Shown here one piece after another: positions 1-7,922 of a stretch of 64,000 bases of DNA. Where the stretch lies: the NCBI GenBank assembly GCA_964582405.1, contig CAZOSN010000005.1, forward strand, positions 2,382 through 66,381, written 5' to 3'. The DNA comes from an uncultured Oligoflexales bacterium (GTDB lineage Bacteria > Bdellovibrionota_B > Oligoflexia > Oligoflexales > Oligoflexaceae). Made by a program: the position numbers and the translations under genes. The notes beneath the pieces are model-generated. The model searched no databases. It was not told the DNA's origin and was given only the letters and a program-made list of their open reading frames with translations. Position 1 is the first letter of the stretch. Every line of letters begins with the position of its first letter.

Positions 1-14
1 TAGCTGTTTTTGGG

Positions 15-1163
15 GTGGTTTCTGTGAGTTTGGCTTCACCCAAGCTCATTCCCAGCGTTTTGTTTTTCCTCGATCCCCGCGTGGTCGATAATAGAAACCC
101 TACCATCACGATGGAAAATATTCCGATTGACATGCTCTGGCGCATATTTTCTGAGTCTCATCGAGACTGGAGTCAGCAATTACCCGAATCGATGAAGGAA
201 GCTTGGTGGGAATACGGGAATTATTTAGGGTTGGGCTCAGCGCTATTTTTGAGCGCTGGGATGTTGTTTGTGATTTTTCTTTCCCTGAAGCGGTCTCCCC
301 GAAAGCTGGCACAGCCCCTTGCTTTTTTATTGACTGCTGTTTTTTTTCTGCTGATGACGAAAGGAAATTTTGGAGAGTGGTCGCCATACTTTTTGATGCA
401 TAAGCTTCCCGTATTCAGCAGCCTCCGCGTTCCCAGTCGAAATATCATGATCTTCACTCTATTCGCGATGATGCTGAGCGCGTGGGTGTTGGCGCGGGTT
501 GATCGGCTGTTTCTTAGGGCAAGGTTTGGCAGAGCTGCTTGGAGCGGTATGCTGATAGCCGTTAGCCTTGTCCCCTGGTGGACCAATCGGCACAATTTTG
601 ATCAGGTTTTTCGCTTTCCTTTGCTGGGTGAGCCTGTCCGATTTCTGGGCAAACCTTCCTGGCCGCATGAAGCTTTCAAAACATCGAGCGATGCGCCAAT
701 GTACACCGCAATGATAAATAATGAGTTTGTTTTAAATTGCTACGAGCCTCTTCGCGTCAAACAAAGTTATCGCACAGGTGGTCCCATCGTGTACCCGATT
801 CCAGCGGCCCCCAAGTTTTTGGTCGATTACAGGCCAGATCAAATCACGGCCAGACTGCATGCCACGCAGCCAACCCGCGTCTACCTCAATCAAAACGTCT
901 GCGATGGCTGGACATCGAATCATGGCCCGCTGCTGAAAGACCCTGACAACGGTATGTACTTTGTATCGGTTCCCGCTGGGACTGAAGATGAAGTCAAGTT
1001 TACCTATCAACCGAAAGGCTTTTTTCTTGGCCTATGCCTATTCTTTGTAGGGATTTTCGGATGTTTTTGGGCTATGCTTGTCGAAAAGCCAGTTCAAAAG
1101 AGCATCAAGTTAAGAAAAAGAACCGGCGAGTTGCCTCATCGCGAGCATGCTAAGGAATTGTAG
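15..1163 (+). CDS. polytopic membrane protein, unknown family (possibly 5'-truncated by the window edge)
   Basis: 382-codon ORF. The frame stays open back to base 3, so the true start may lie upstream of the window. Hydrophobic helices include LGLGSALFLSAGMLFVIFL, LAFLLTAVFFLLM, IMIFTLFAMMLSAWVLA and FFLGLCLFFVGIFGCFWAML. No catalytic motif recognised. Confidence 0.6.
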   Translation: MVSVSLASPKLIPSVLFFLDPRVVDNRNPTITMENIPIDMLWRIFSESHRDWSQQLPESMKEAWWEYGNYLGLGSALFLSAGMLFVIFLSLKRSPRKLAQPLAFLLTAVFFLLMTKGNFGEWSPYFLMHKLPVFSSLRVPSRNIMIFTLFAMMLSAWVLARVDRLFLRARFGRAAWSGMLIAVSLVPWWTNRHNFDQVFRFPLLGEPVRFLGKPSWPHEAFKTSSDAPMYTAMINNEFVLNCYEPLRVKQSYRTGGPIVYPIPAAPKFLVDYRPDQITARLHATQPTRVYLNQNVCDGWTSNHGPLLKDPDNGMYFVSVPAGTEDEVKFTYQPKGFFLGLCLFFVGIFGCFWAMLVEKPVQKSIKLRKRTGELPHREHAKEL

Positions 1164-1380
1164 CTGAGTGCACTGTTGTCGTGCCCTGAGGAGGTTTTTC
1201 GATAACCAAGCTGTAGGGCGTGTTGACGTTTTGTTTTCCTGCCCTCCTAAAGTTCGTGGCTTCTTTGTATATTGACCGGGAAGCCAGGAACTTAAGGAGG
1301 GGCAGGGAATATTTGAACTGGCTCGAGGAGCCATCCGAAGCTTTAAAGTTGATGATCATACTTTTAAGGGGCCGTGGGTA

Positions 1381-2139
1381 GTGGATTTAAAGGAAAAAGG
1401 CCAGATATTACTTGCCGAAGAAATGGAACATTGGTGGGTACTTTCTAGGTTTTCCTATCTAAGCAAAGCCATATTGAAATATATTCCCAAGCAAAGCCAA
1501 TCGGGAATCAAAGTGCTTGAGGTCGGTTCCGGAACGGGCCAAAATCTTCATCTTCTCCGAAGAAATCCCGACTTAAGTTCGAGGATTCGCGAGGTAGTCG
1601 GCTACGACATCGAATACACCGACGAGAAGGTTCCTCTCCTGGCCAGCGGTGATAGCGACTATCTGGTTAATTCACTCGCACCAGTCGCGTCCGACAAGTT
1701 TCATCTCTTGGTTGCGATGGACGTTATCGAGCACATACCGGATGAAAAAGCTGAGATTAGCAAATGGTCTCAGAATCTACGAAAGGACGGCTATTTCTTT
1801 GTGGCTGTTCCCGCGCTTCCTGCCCTTTGGTCCTATCATGATGAATTTCTGGGGCATCAGAGGCGGTATACCAAGACTAGTCTTGACAAGCTGATGGTTT
1901 CGCTCGGCTATAAAAGGGTGTTCTTAACGTATGGCTTTAGCCATGTGCTTCTGCCAGCCTTCCTGCAGCGGCGGATACTCGGACGAATAAAACGACGGCG
2001 CAAAATGTCTGATATCAAGCGAACGGGACCGATTATAAACTTTTTTTTGATTCTATTTGGCAAATTAGAATGCTACCTCGGGGGTAATCCCTTCTTTGGC
2101 ACTTCGGTCTATGGGCTCTATCAGAAGACCCAAAATTGA
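1381..2139 (+). CDS. class I SAM-dependent methyltransferase
   Basis: GTG start. Motif I VLEVGSGTGQN, followed by GYDIE and LLVAMDVIEHIPD, is typical of the Methyltransf_11/23-like fold. Confidence 0.75.
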   Translation: MDLKEKGQILLAEEMEHWWVLSRFSYLSKAILKYIPKQSQSGIKVLEVGSGTGQNLHLLRRNPDLSSRIREVVGYDIEYTDEKVPLLASGDSDYLVNSLAPVASDKFHLLVAMDVIEHIPDEKAEISKWSQNLRKDGYFFVAVPALPALWSYHDEFLGHQRRYTKTSLDKLMVSLGYKRVFLTYGFSHVLLPAFLQRRILGRIKRRRKMSDIKRTGPIINFFLILFGKLECYLGGNPFFGTSVYGLYQKTQN

Positions 2140-2238
2140 CGAGTCCTTTGCCTCCTTGGTACACGGTTGATCAAAAAATGATCCGTTTTTGGTCAGGCTC
2201 TAAACTTGACCTCGGTCCTTTTCGTCGGCCCGTTAGAT

Positions 2239-2277
2239 CTCCAAAATAGTCCTCCAAAATAGTCCTCCAAAATAGTC
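2239..2277. repeat. perfect tandem repeat, 13-bp unit CTCCAAAATAGTC x3
   Basis: Read directly from the sequence. Lies between two convergent methyltransferase genes whose 3' ends are at 2139 and 2334. Confidence 0.95.
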
Positions 2278-2333
2278 TCAGTCGAGCTTAATTCGTGGAG
2301 TGCAAGGTGGAGGCTGGGTTATACGACCAATTC

Positions 2334-3146
2334 TTATTGAGTCTCGCGAGGTTTTTCGAGGACGAACAGCATGCGCGAAGCAAACACCCAAGGCAAATAG
2401 TCAAGAATCCATTGGCGTTTGCGGATCCAGCTGAGCACGGGACTCGGCAGAAGTTGTGGCTTACTATAACCGCCAGTCAAAAGATAGGCCAGTTCACCGC
2501 TTCTGCGGCACGATATGAAATTCCAGTCCTGCTCCCAAAAGTCTCGGTACTGTCGCTTCAACAGTTTGGAACAATTGCCTTGAGCCGCATAGTATTGGCA
2601 GTGATTGGGGGAAAATCCAGCGGGCGGATACCATTTGATTTTTTTTCCGAGACCCAGAGGTTCGTGATGAAATAATCCATAGACGATGAGTCCCACGAGG
2701 CTTAGTGCTGGTTCAAAGATAACAAGTCGTCCCCCGGGTTTTAACACCCTGAGGCATTCGTTCAGAGCCGCACCGGGAAACTCAAGATGGTGAAACACGT
2801 CAATCATGACGATATTGGCCAGACTCGAGTCGGAAAAATTTAGTTGATAAGCATTTTCTACCCGGTCAATCCAAGGATGATCAAATAGATCCGAAGTGAT
2901 TGCATCGGGAAAATAAGTTTTTAAATTGCCAATCCCTGATCCAAGTTCGAGGGTCTTACCTTCGGTCTTACTTAGGCTCGCAATAATGCTTCGGTAGAAG
3001 CCCTCATAGGTCTCGCGCAAAACGGGCTTGCGATGCCAATGGTCGAGGTTTGCCTGAATCTCGACGGAATGCTGGGATTGTGGGAGACACGAATTCAAAG
3101 TCATAAAGGGCTCACATTTAGTAAAGGGGCACTCTTCTCTGACCAA
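2334..3146 (-). CDS. class I SAM-dependent methyltransferase
   Basis: Motif I TLELGSGIGNL, then ITSDL, IVMIDVFHHLE and LKPGGRLVIFEP. Confidence 0.75.
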   Translation of the reverse strand: MVREECPFTKCEPFMTLNSCLPQSQHSVEIQANLDHWHRKPVLRETYEGFYRSIIASLSKTEGKTLELGSGIGNLKTYFPDAITSDLFDHPWIDRVENAYQLNFSDSSLANIVMIDVFHHLEFPGAALNECLRVLKPGGRLVIFEPALSLVGLIVYGLFHHEPLGLGKKIKWYPPAGFSPNHCQYYAAQGNCSKLLKRQYRDFWEQDWNFISCRRSGELAYLLTGGYSKPQLLPSPVLSWIRKRQWILDYLPWVFASRMLFVLEKPRETQ

Positions 3147-3298
3147 TAAGGAAAGACTTTGCTCAAGATATCTTCATATTTTGGTCAGATCAAATCCCAA
3201 ATAGACCTGAGCTCGACTTCGGCCATTTTTGTCGGCCTGACGCCCAATCTCCTCTACCCTCACGGGCTAACAAGAATGGTGCGGTAAGCCAAAGCTAG

Positions 3299-4318
3299 TC
3301 ATTGTGCAGAGAACCCAATATCAGAGCGCCTGCTCGCACGCGATAGACCAAAGCAAAAAATCCAAAAAATCGCCGCAGCAAACACATAGCCTTCGAGGTT
3401 ATATCCCAGCCAGTCAGAATCGGCGAGCGAAGCCTGAATTGCTCCCAATAGATCGAACATTCCGATAATCATGACGAGCGTGGTGTCCTTAAAAAGACTG
3501 ATAAAATTGTTGACAATCCCTGGAACGACGGCCCGTAGTGCCTGCGGAAGTATAAGATAAGTCATGGATTGTCGGTAAGATAATCCCAGTGCGTGGGCTG
3601 CCTCGGATTGACCAGTCGGGATAGTTTGCAGACCTCCGCGCACTACCTCTGCCATGTAAGCCCCAGAAAACAGCGTGACGCCGATCAGGCAACGTAAAAG
3701 CTTGGGAAAGCTCTCCGCTTCCATCCCCTTAGGCAAAAAAAGCGGCAGCATAACCGACGACATAAATAGCACCGAGATGAGGGGGACGCCGCGCCAGAGT
3801 TCGATAAAACCAATGCTAAGCCATCGAAAGATCGGAAGCTTCGAACGTCGGCCTAAGGCCAAGAGAATCCCTAAAGGAAGCGATCCCAAAATTCCAACGT
3901 AGGCTATGATGAGAGTTAAGGTCAGGCCACCAATTTCTGAAGAGCTGATGGGATGAAGTAGAACAATAGCGACGAGAGGAATCCCAAGGGTTAGTCCAAT
4001 AAGGTTAAGCGAACGCTTGATGCCGCGGATTGCCAGCACCACAAGAACCAAAGCGAAAACACCCAAAAGATTGACCCGCCAAATCTCGGACTTTGGGAAA
4101 AATGCGCCGTAGAGAAATTGGCCCAGGTGTTCCTTGACATAGACCCAGCAGGCACCATCGTGCCCATTGCAAGCCTCGCGGGTTGAGCCTTGCCAGTGGG
4201 CATCGGTAATTCCCCAGGTGAGTGCCTGGATCGCAAGATAGAGGAGGGGTATTAATAAAATCACCGAAATGATTTGGGTTCTGAGGTCTTGACCCAAAAG
4301 GCGGCGAATAAGTTTCAT
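3299..4318 (-). CDS. aapM: general L-amino-acid ABC transporter permease (AapM/BztC-like)
   Basis: The ORF track gives 3299..4357. I prefer the ATG at 4318 (MKLIRRLLGQ...), which forms an ATGA overlap with the upstream stop. Multi-TM protein with the ABC permease EAA-type loop SEAAHALGLSYRQSMTYLILPQALRAVVPGIVNNFISLFKDTTL. Confidence 0.8.
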   Translation of the reverse strand: MKLIRRLLGQDLRTQIISVILLIPLLYLAIQALTWGITDAHWQGSTREACNGHDGACWVYVKEHLGQFLYGAFFPKSEIWRVNLLGVFALVLVVLAIRGIKRSLNLIGLTLGIPLVAIVLLHPISSSEIGGLTLTLIIAYVGILGSLPLGILLALGRRSKLPIFRWLSIGFIELWRGVPLISVLFMSSVMLPLFLPKGMEAESFPKLLRCLIGVTLFSGAYMAEVVRGGLQTIPTGQSEAAHALGLSYRQSMTYLILPQALRAVVPGIVNNFISLFKDTTLVMIIGMFDLLGAIQASLADSDWLGYNLEGYVFAAAIFWIFCFGLSRASRRSDIGFSAQ

Positions 4319-5274
4319 GCATGCCCTCGGTAGCGTCCACTGTGGCGGTTGTACCAATTCACCGAGCCCGCAATCAGGAGGCTGATTCCTAGGTACACGA
4401 GCATCGTGATAAGGATCACCTCGACGGCTTGCCCCGTATGATTTAATACGGTCCCGGTAAAGACCAGCACCAGCTCCGGGTAGGCTATGGCTGCGCCGAG
4501 CGAGGAGTTTTTTACGAGATTGAGGTACTGGCTTGCCAACGGCGGGAGAATCAGTCTCAGAGCCTGCGGAAGAATAACGAGCCGCATGCCTGTTGATGTG
4601 CTAAGCCCCAGCGCCATAGCAGCTTCTTTCTGCCCACGCGGCACCGATTGAATACCTGCGCGCACCAGTTCCCCTATATAAGAGGCCGTGTATGTTGATA
4701 GGCCTAGGCAGAGAGCCATGAATTCGGGAACAACCGTTATACCGCCTCTAAAATTAAACCCCACCAGCATGGGGATGTCCCAGCTCATGGTTTGCCAATG
4801 AAAAGTCGGCAACATGAGTCCTCGGTTGTTGAGAAATATGCAGTCAAAGAGAGCAATACTCTGGCGCGGGTGCGGAAGGCTTCGGATCACCGTAAAATAC
4901 CAGACAAATAGCGTAATGAGGAGTGGCACGTTGCGCACGATTTCAATGTAGCCTCGGCAAAATCCTCGCACGAGCGGTTCGCGCGCAAGCTGACCTATAC
5001 CTAGTCCAAAACCTAAAGCGGTCGCAAGAACGATTCCCACCACCGAAACGAGCAAGGTATTGCAGAGCGCCACGAGGAAAGCATCGCCATAAGTTGACTG
5101 TTCGCCGAAATCAATCAGTTTGAAGATAATGTCAAAGCCAGCCGGGCGGTTCAAAAAACCAAATCCCGCAGTAATCCCCTGCTTGGCAAGGTTGGCGCTG
5201 GCATTAGCCGCTAGCTGCCAGACAAATGCCGCAACCAAGATTAGAACAGAAAACTGAAGCAACCACTTGCGCAC
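4315..5274 (-). CDS. aapQ: general L-amino-acid ABC transporter permease (AapQ/BztB-like)
   Basis: GTG start 14 nt after the aapJ stop. Multi-TM protein with the EAA-type loop KEAAMALGLSTSTGMRLVILPQALRLILPPLASQYLNLVKNSSL. Confidence 0.8.
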   Translation of the reverse strand: MRKWLLQFSVLILVAAFVWQLAANASANLAKQGITAGFGFLNRPAGFDIIFKLIDFGEQSTYGDAFLVALCNTLLVSVVGIVLATALGFGLGIGQLAREPLVRGFCRGYIEIVRNVPLLITLFVWYFTVIRSLPHPRQSIALFDCIFLNNRGLMLPTFHWQTMSWDIPMLVGFNFRGGITVVPEFMALCLGLSTYTASYIGELVRAGIQSVPRGQKEAAMALGLSTSTGMRLVILPQALRLILPPLASQYLNLVKNSSLGAAIAYPELVLVFTGTVLNHTGQAVEVILITMLVYLGISLLIAGSVNWYNRHSGRYRGHA

Positions 5275-5288
5275 GCTGAATACCTAAG

Positions 5289-6305
5289 CTACCGAAATGG
5301 CAACGGATAATGGAGTCCACCATCGCGCCAGAGCTTGTTGTGAGCGCGAGCTATCTGCAACCGACTTTTGCTTCCCAGGTTGGTATCGAAAATCTGAGCG
5401 TAGTTGCCCACTTTTTGAATCACAGTCTTGGCCCAGTCAGACTTCAAACCAAAGGGTTCGCCAATATTGCCTTCGACGCCGAGCAACCTGCGGATCTCGG
5501 GGTTGTCACTCTTGACCATTTGATCGACATTTTGTGATGTTATGCCGAGCTCCTCGGCCGCAGTAAGAGCATCGATCGTCCAGCGCACAAGGTCGGTCCA
5601 TTTCTGGTCTCCATGACGCGTCGCGGGGCTTAGGGGTTCTTTGGAGATGATCTCGGGCAGGATCATATGATCATCGGGGTTTTTCAATTTAAGCCTATTG
5701 GCGTATAGCCCCGATTGGTCGGTGGTGTAGGCGTCGCAGCGTTCTGCCTCGTAGGCTGCAATAACATCGTCGTCTTTTTCAAACGCCAGAAGCTTGTATT
5801 TGAGGTTATGGGAACGGAAATAGTCGGCCACATTAAGCTCGGTGGTTGTGCCCGTGTTAACGCAAATGGTGGCGCCGTCGAGTTCTTTGACAGACTTTAA
5901 ATTTAGCTTGCGTCTGACCATAAAACCCTGACCGTCGTAGTAGATAACGGCAGGGAAATCGAGTCCGAGCGACACATCGCGCGAGTAGGACCAAGTGGTG
6001 TTGCGCGACAGGAGGTCGATCTCTCCAGACTGGAGCGCCGTAAAACGCTCCTTGGCATTGAGCGCGACAAACGTGACTTTTTTGGGATCGCCAAAGATCG
6101 CGGTCGCCACTGCGCGGCAAACCGCAACATCAAGTCCCTGCCATTCGCCTTGTTTATCTGCAAACGAAAAACCGGGCAGACCCTGGCTGACGCCGCAGCG
6201 CAGCATGCCTTTTTTTTGCACGGCTCCCAACGTGTCGGCAGACGCAAACTCGGTTAGCAGGAGTAAATAAACAGTGATTCCAAAAATAAAAGCCGTGATG
6301 CGCAT
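5289..6305 (-). CDS. aapJ: general L-amino-acid ABC transporter substrate-binding protein (AapJ/BztA-like)
   Basis: The ORF extends to 6383, but a signal-peptide-like start MRITAFIFGITVYLLLLTEFASA begins at 6305. Long stretches match my recollection of AapJ, including KERFTALQSGEIDLLSRNTTW, YYDGQGFMVRR, TGTTTELNVADYF and KLKNPDDHMILPEIISKEPL. Confidence 0.85.
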   Translation of the reverse strand: MRITAFIFGITVYLLLLTEFASADTLGAVQKKGMLRCGVSQGLPGFSFADKQGEWQGLDVAVCRAVATAIFGDPKKVTFVALNAKERFTALQSGEIDLLSRNTTWSYSRDVSLGLDFPAVIYYDGQGFMVRRKLNLKSVKELDGATICVNTGTTTELNVADYFRSHNLKYKLLAFEKDDDVIAAYEAERCDAYTTDQSGLYANRLKLKNPDDHMILPEIISKEPLSPATRHGDQKWTDLVRWTIDALTAAEELGITSQNVDQMVKSDNPEIRRLLGVEGNIGEPFGLKSDWAKTVIQKVGNYAQIFDTNLGSKSRLQIARAHNKLWRDGGLHYPLPFR

Positions 6306-6708
6306 GTGTCCTACCAAAAACCAAATTCGAATATTCAAAGAAAACAACACCGTTCCAACCTTATACCTGCCGAGAGGGGACAAGGCGACTGTTTATCGCC
6401 CAAGAGGCGTGGTCGGGCTCATTATCGGTCGTCGAAAAAGCGAAGCCTACTGCTATAACCATCGAACATATCAGTAGAAAATATAGGTAATTCGCGAGGA
6501 CGAGTGGCACCGAAAAAACCGGAGATACTCTTCATCGATGTAACGCTTGGTTTATGGCTGCGCACCAATGACTGCAGCAACATGAAATCACAGGGAATTC
6601 TATCCGATCTATAATAAAAATTACACAACCCCCTCAACGTAGAAAGGAACAGGTCGATAACGCAACAGGCAACGTCAGCAAACCATTTTGCCAGGGAGTT
6701 TTGACCAC

Positions 6709-7905
6709 ATGATGCGACAGAGTTTAATTAAGATTGGTTTCGTACTGCCTTGGCTGAGTCTAGCTTGGCAAGCAAACGCGCAGAACTTACCTGCTACTCA
6801 GAATCAAATCGTAATTGGTATGTCCACGGCACTCTCTGGGTCGGCACAATTTCTTGGCCAAGAGATGAAGCGCGGCGTCGAAGCCTATTTCAGTGAGACG
6901 AATCTAAAGGGCGGTATCAACGGCAAGTCCTTGCGCTTGGAAGCCCTAGACGACGGCTATGAGCCAGGTAAAGCCGGCCCCAATATGCGCAAGTTGATCG
7001 ACGAGCATAAAGTCTTTGCCATCTTAGGTAATGTCGGTACGCCGACAGCTGTCGTGTCCATTCCAATCGCCAATGAGAAAAAAGTACCGTTCGTGGGTGC
7101 TTTTACCGGCGCTGGCATCTTGCGCAAATCACCACCTGATCGCTATATCGTGAACTTCCGCGCGAGCTACAACCAAGAGACTGCCAACATGGTGGATGGT
7201 CTCATGAAGGACCTTGGTATCAAGCCTCAGGAGATCGCCATCTTTACACAAAACGACGCTTACGGCGATGCTGGGTTTAACGGGGTGGTAAAAGCCCTAA
7301 AATCCAATGGTTACAATGATGTCAATCGGCTCGTTCACGGCCGCTACCAGCGCAATACCGACAATGTCGAAGACGGACTCTCGCGCATACTCGAAGCGCG
7401 AGTGACACCGAAAGCTGTTATAATGGTGGGTACATATAAAGCCTGCGCGAAATTCGTGAAATTAGCCCGCAAAGAAAAACTCGATGCATTGTTCATCAAC
7501 GTCTCCTTCGTAGGAAGTGAGGCTCTGCTCAAAGAGCTAGGTGACCAAAGCGAGGGCGTGATTGTTACCCAGGTTGTGCCGCCTCTCGATTCGAACCTAC
7601 CAGCCGTGAAGAATTACCTGAATGCCATAGGATCCGCCACGCCTTCATTTATATCGCTGGAAGGTTACCTTGCCGCGAAGGCTTTTGGCGAAGGGCTCAG
7701 GCTCGCAGGGGTCAACCCAACCGGAGAAGCCCTTATCGATGCCTTAGAGAAAGGCACGACGATCGACCTTGGCCTTGGAACGACACATGTCTTGAGCAAG
7801 TCCGAACATCAATTCAGCCAAAGAGTTTGGCCAACTCAAATCGTCAAAGGCCAATATAAATCTTTTCAGTGGGCCGATCTGCGCGCCCCTGGATTGACTC
7901 ATTGA
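6709..7905 (+). CDS. periplasmic substrate-binding protein, LivJ/LivK-like (Peripla_BP_6 type)
   Basis: ATG at 6709 with AGGGAG about 10 nt upstream. Signal peptide MMRQSLIKIGFVLPWLSLAWQANA. Matching segments are IVIGMSTALSGSAQFLGQEMKRGVEAYF..., GGINGKSLRLEALDDGYEP and FAILGNVGTPTAV. Confidence 0.8.
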   Translation: MMRQSLIKIGFVLPWLSLAWQANAQNLPATQNQIVIGMSTALSGSAQFLGQEMKRGVEAYFSETNLKGGINGKSLRLEALDDGYEPGKAGPNMRKLIDEHKVFAILGNVGTPTAVVSIPIANEKKVPFVGAFTGAGILRKSPPDRYIVNFRASYNQETANMVDGLMKDLGIKPQEIAIFTQNDAYGDAGFNGVVKALKSNGYNDVNRLVHGRYQRNTDNVEDGLSRILEARVTPKAVIMVGTYKACAKFVKLARKEKLDALFINVSFVGSEALLKELGDQSEGVIVTQVVPPLDSNLPAVKNYLNAIGSATPSFISLEGYLAAKAFGEGLRLAGVNPTGEALIDALEKGTTIDLGLGTTHVLSKSEHQFSQRVWPTQIVKGQYKSFQWADLRAPGLTH

Positions 7906-7922
7906 TTTTGGAGAAAACCGCC

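Noticed and set aside
2295-2675. 126-aa plus-strand ORF overlapping the methyltransferase at 2334..3146
   Set aside because: It is antisense to a CDS with clear SAM-binding motifs and has no features of its own.
7581-7600. GGTTCGAATC (tRNA T-loop-like) on the minus strand
   Set aside because: It lies inside the binding-protein CDS, and the flanking bases cannot form a T-stem or a cloverleaf.
7869-7922. Upstream start for the sensor kinase, overlapping the binding-protein gene by 37 nt
   Set aside because: The ATG at 7923 has a GGAGA RBS at the right spacing and removes the overlap. The extra 18 residues have no features.
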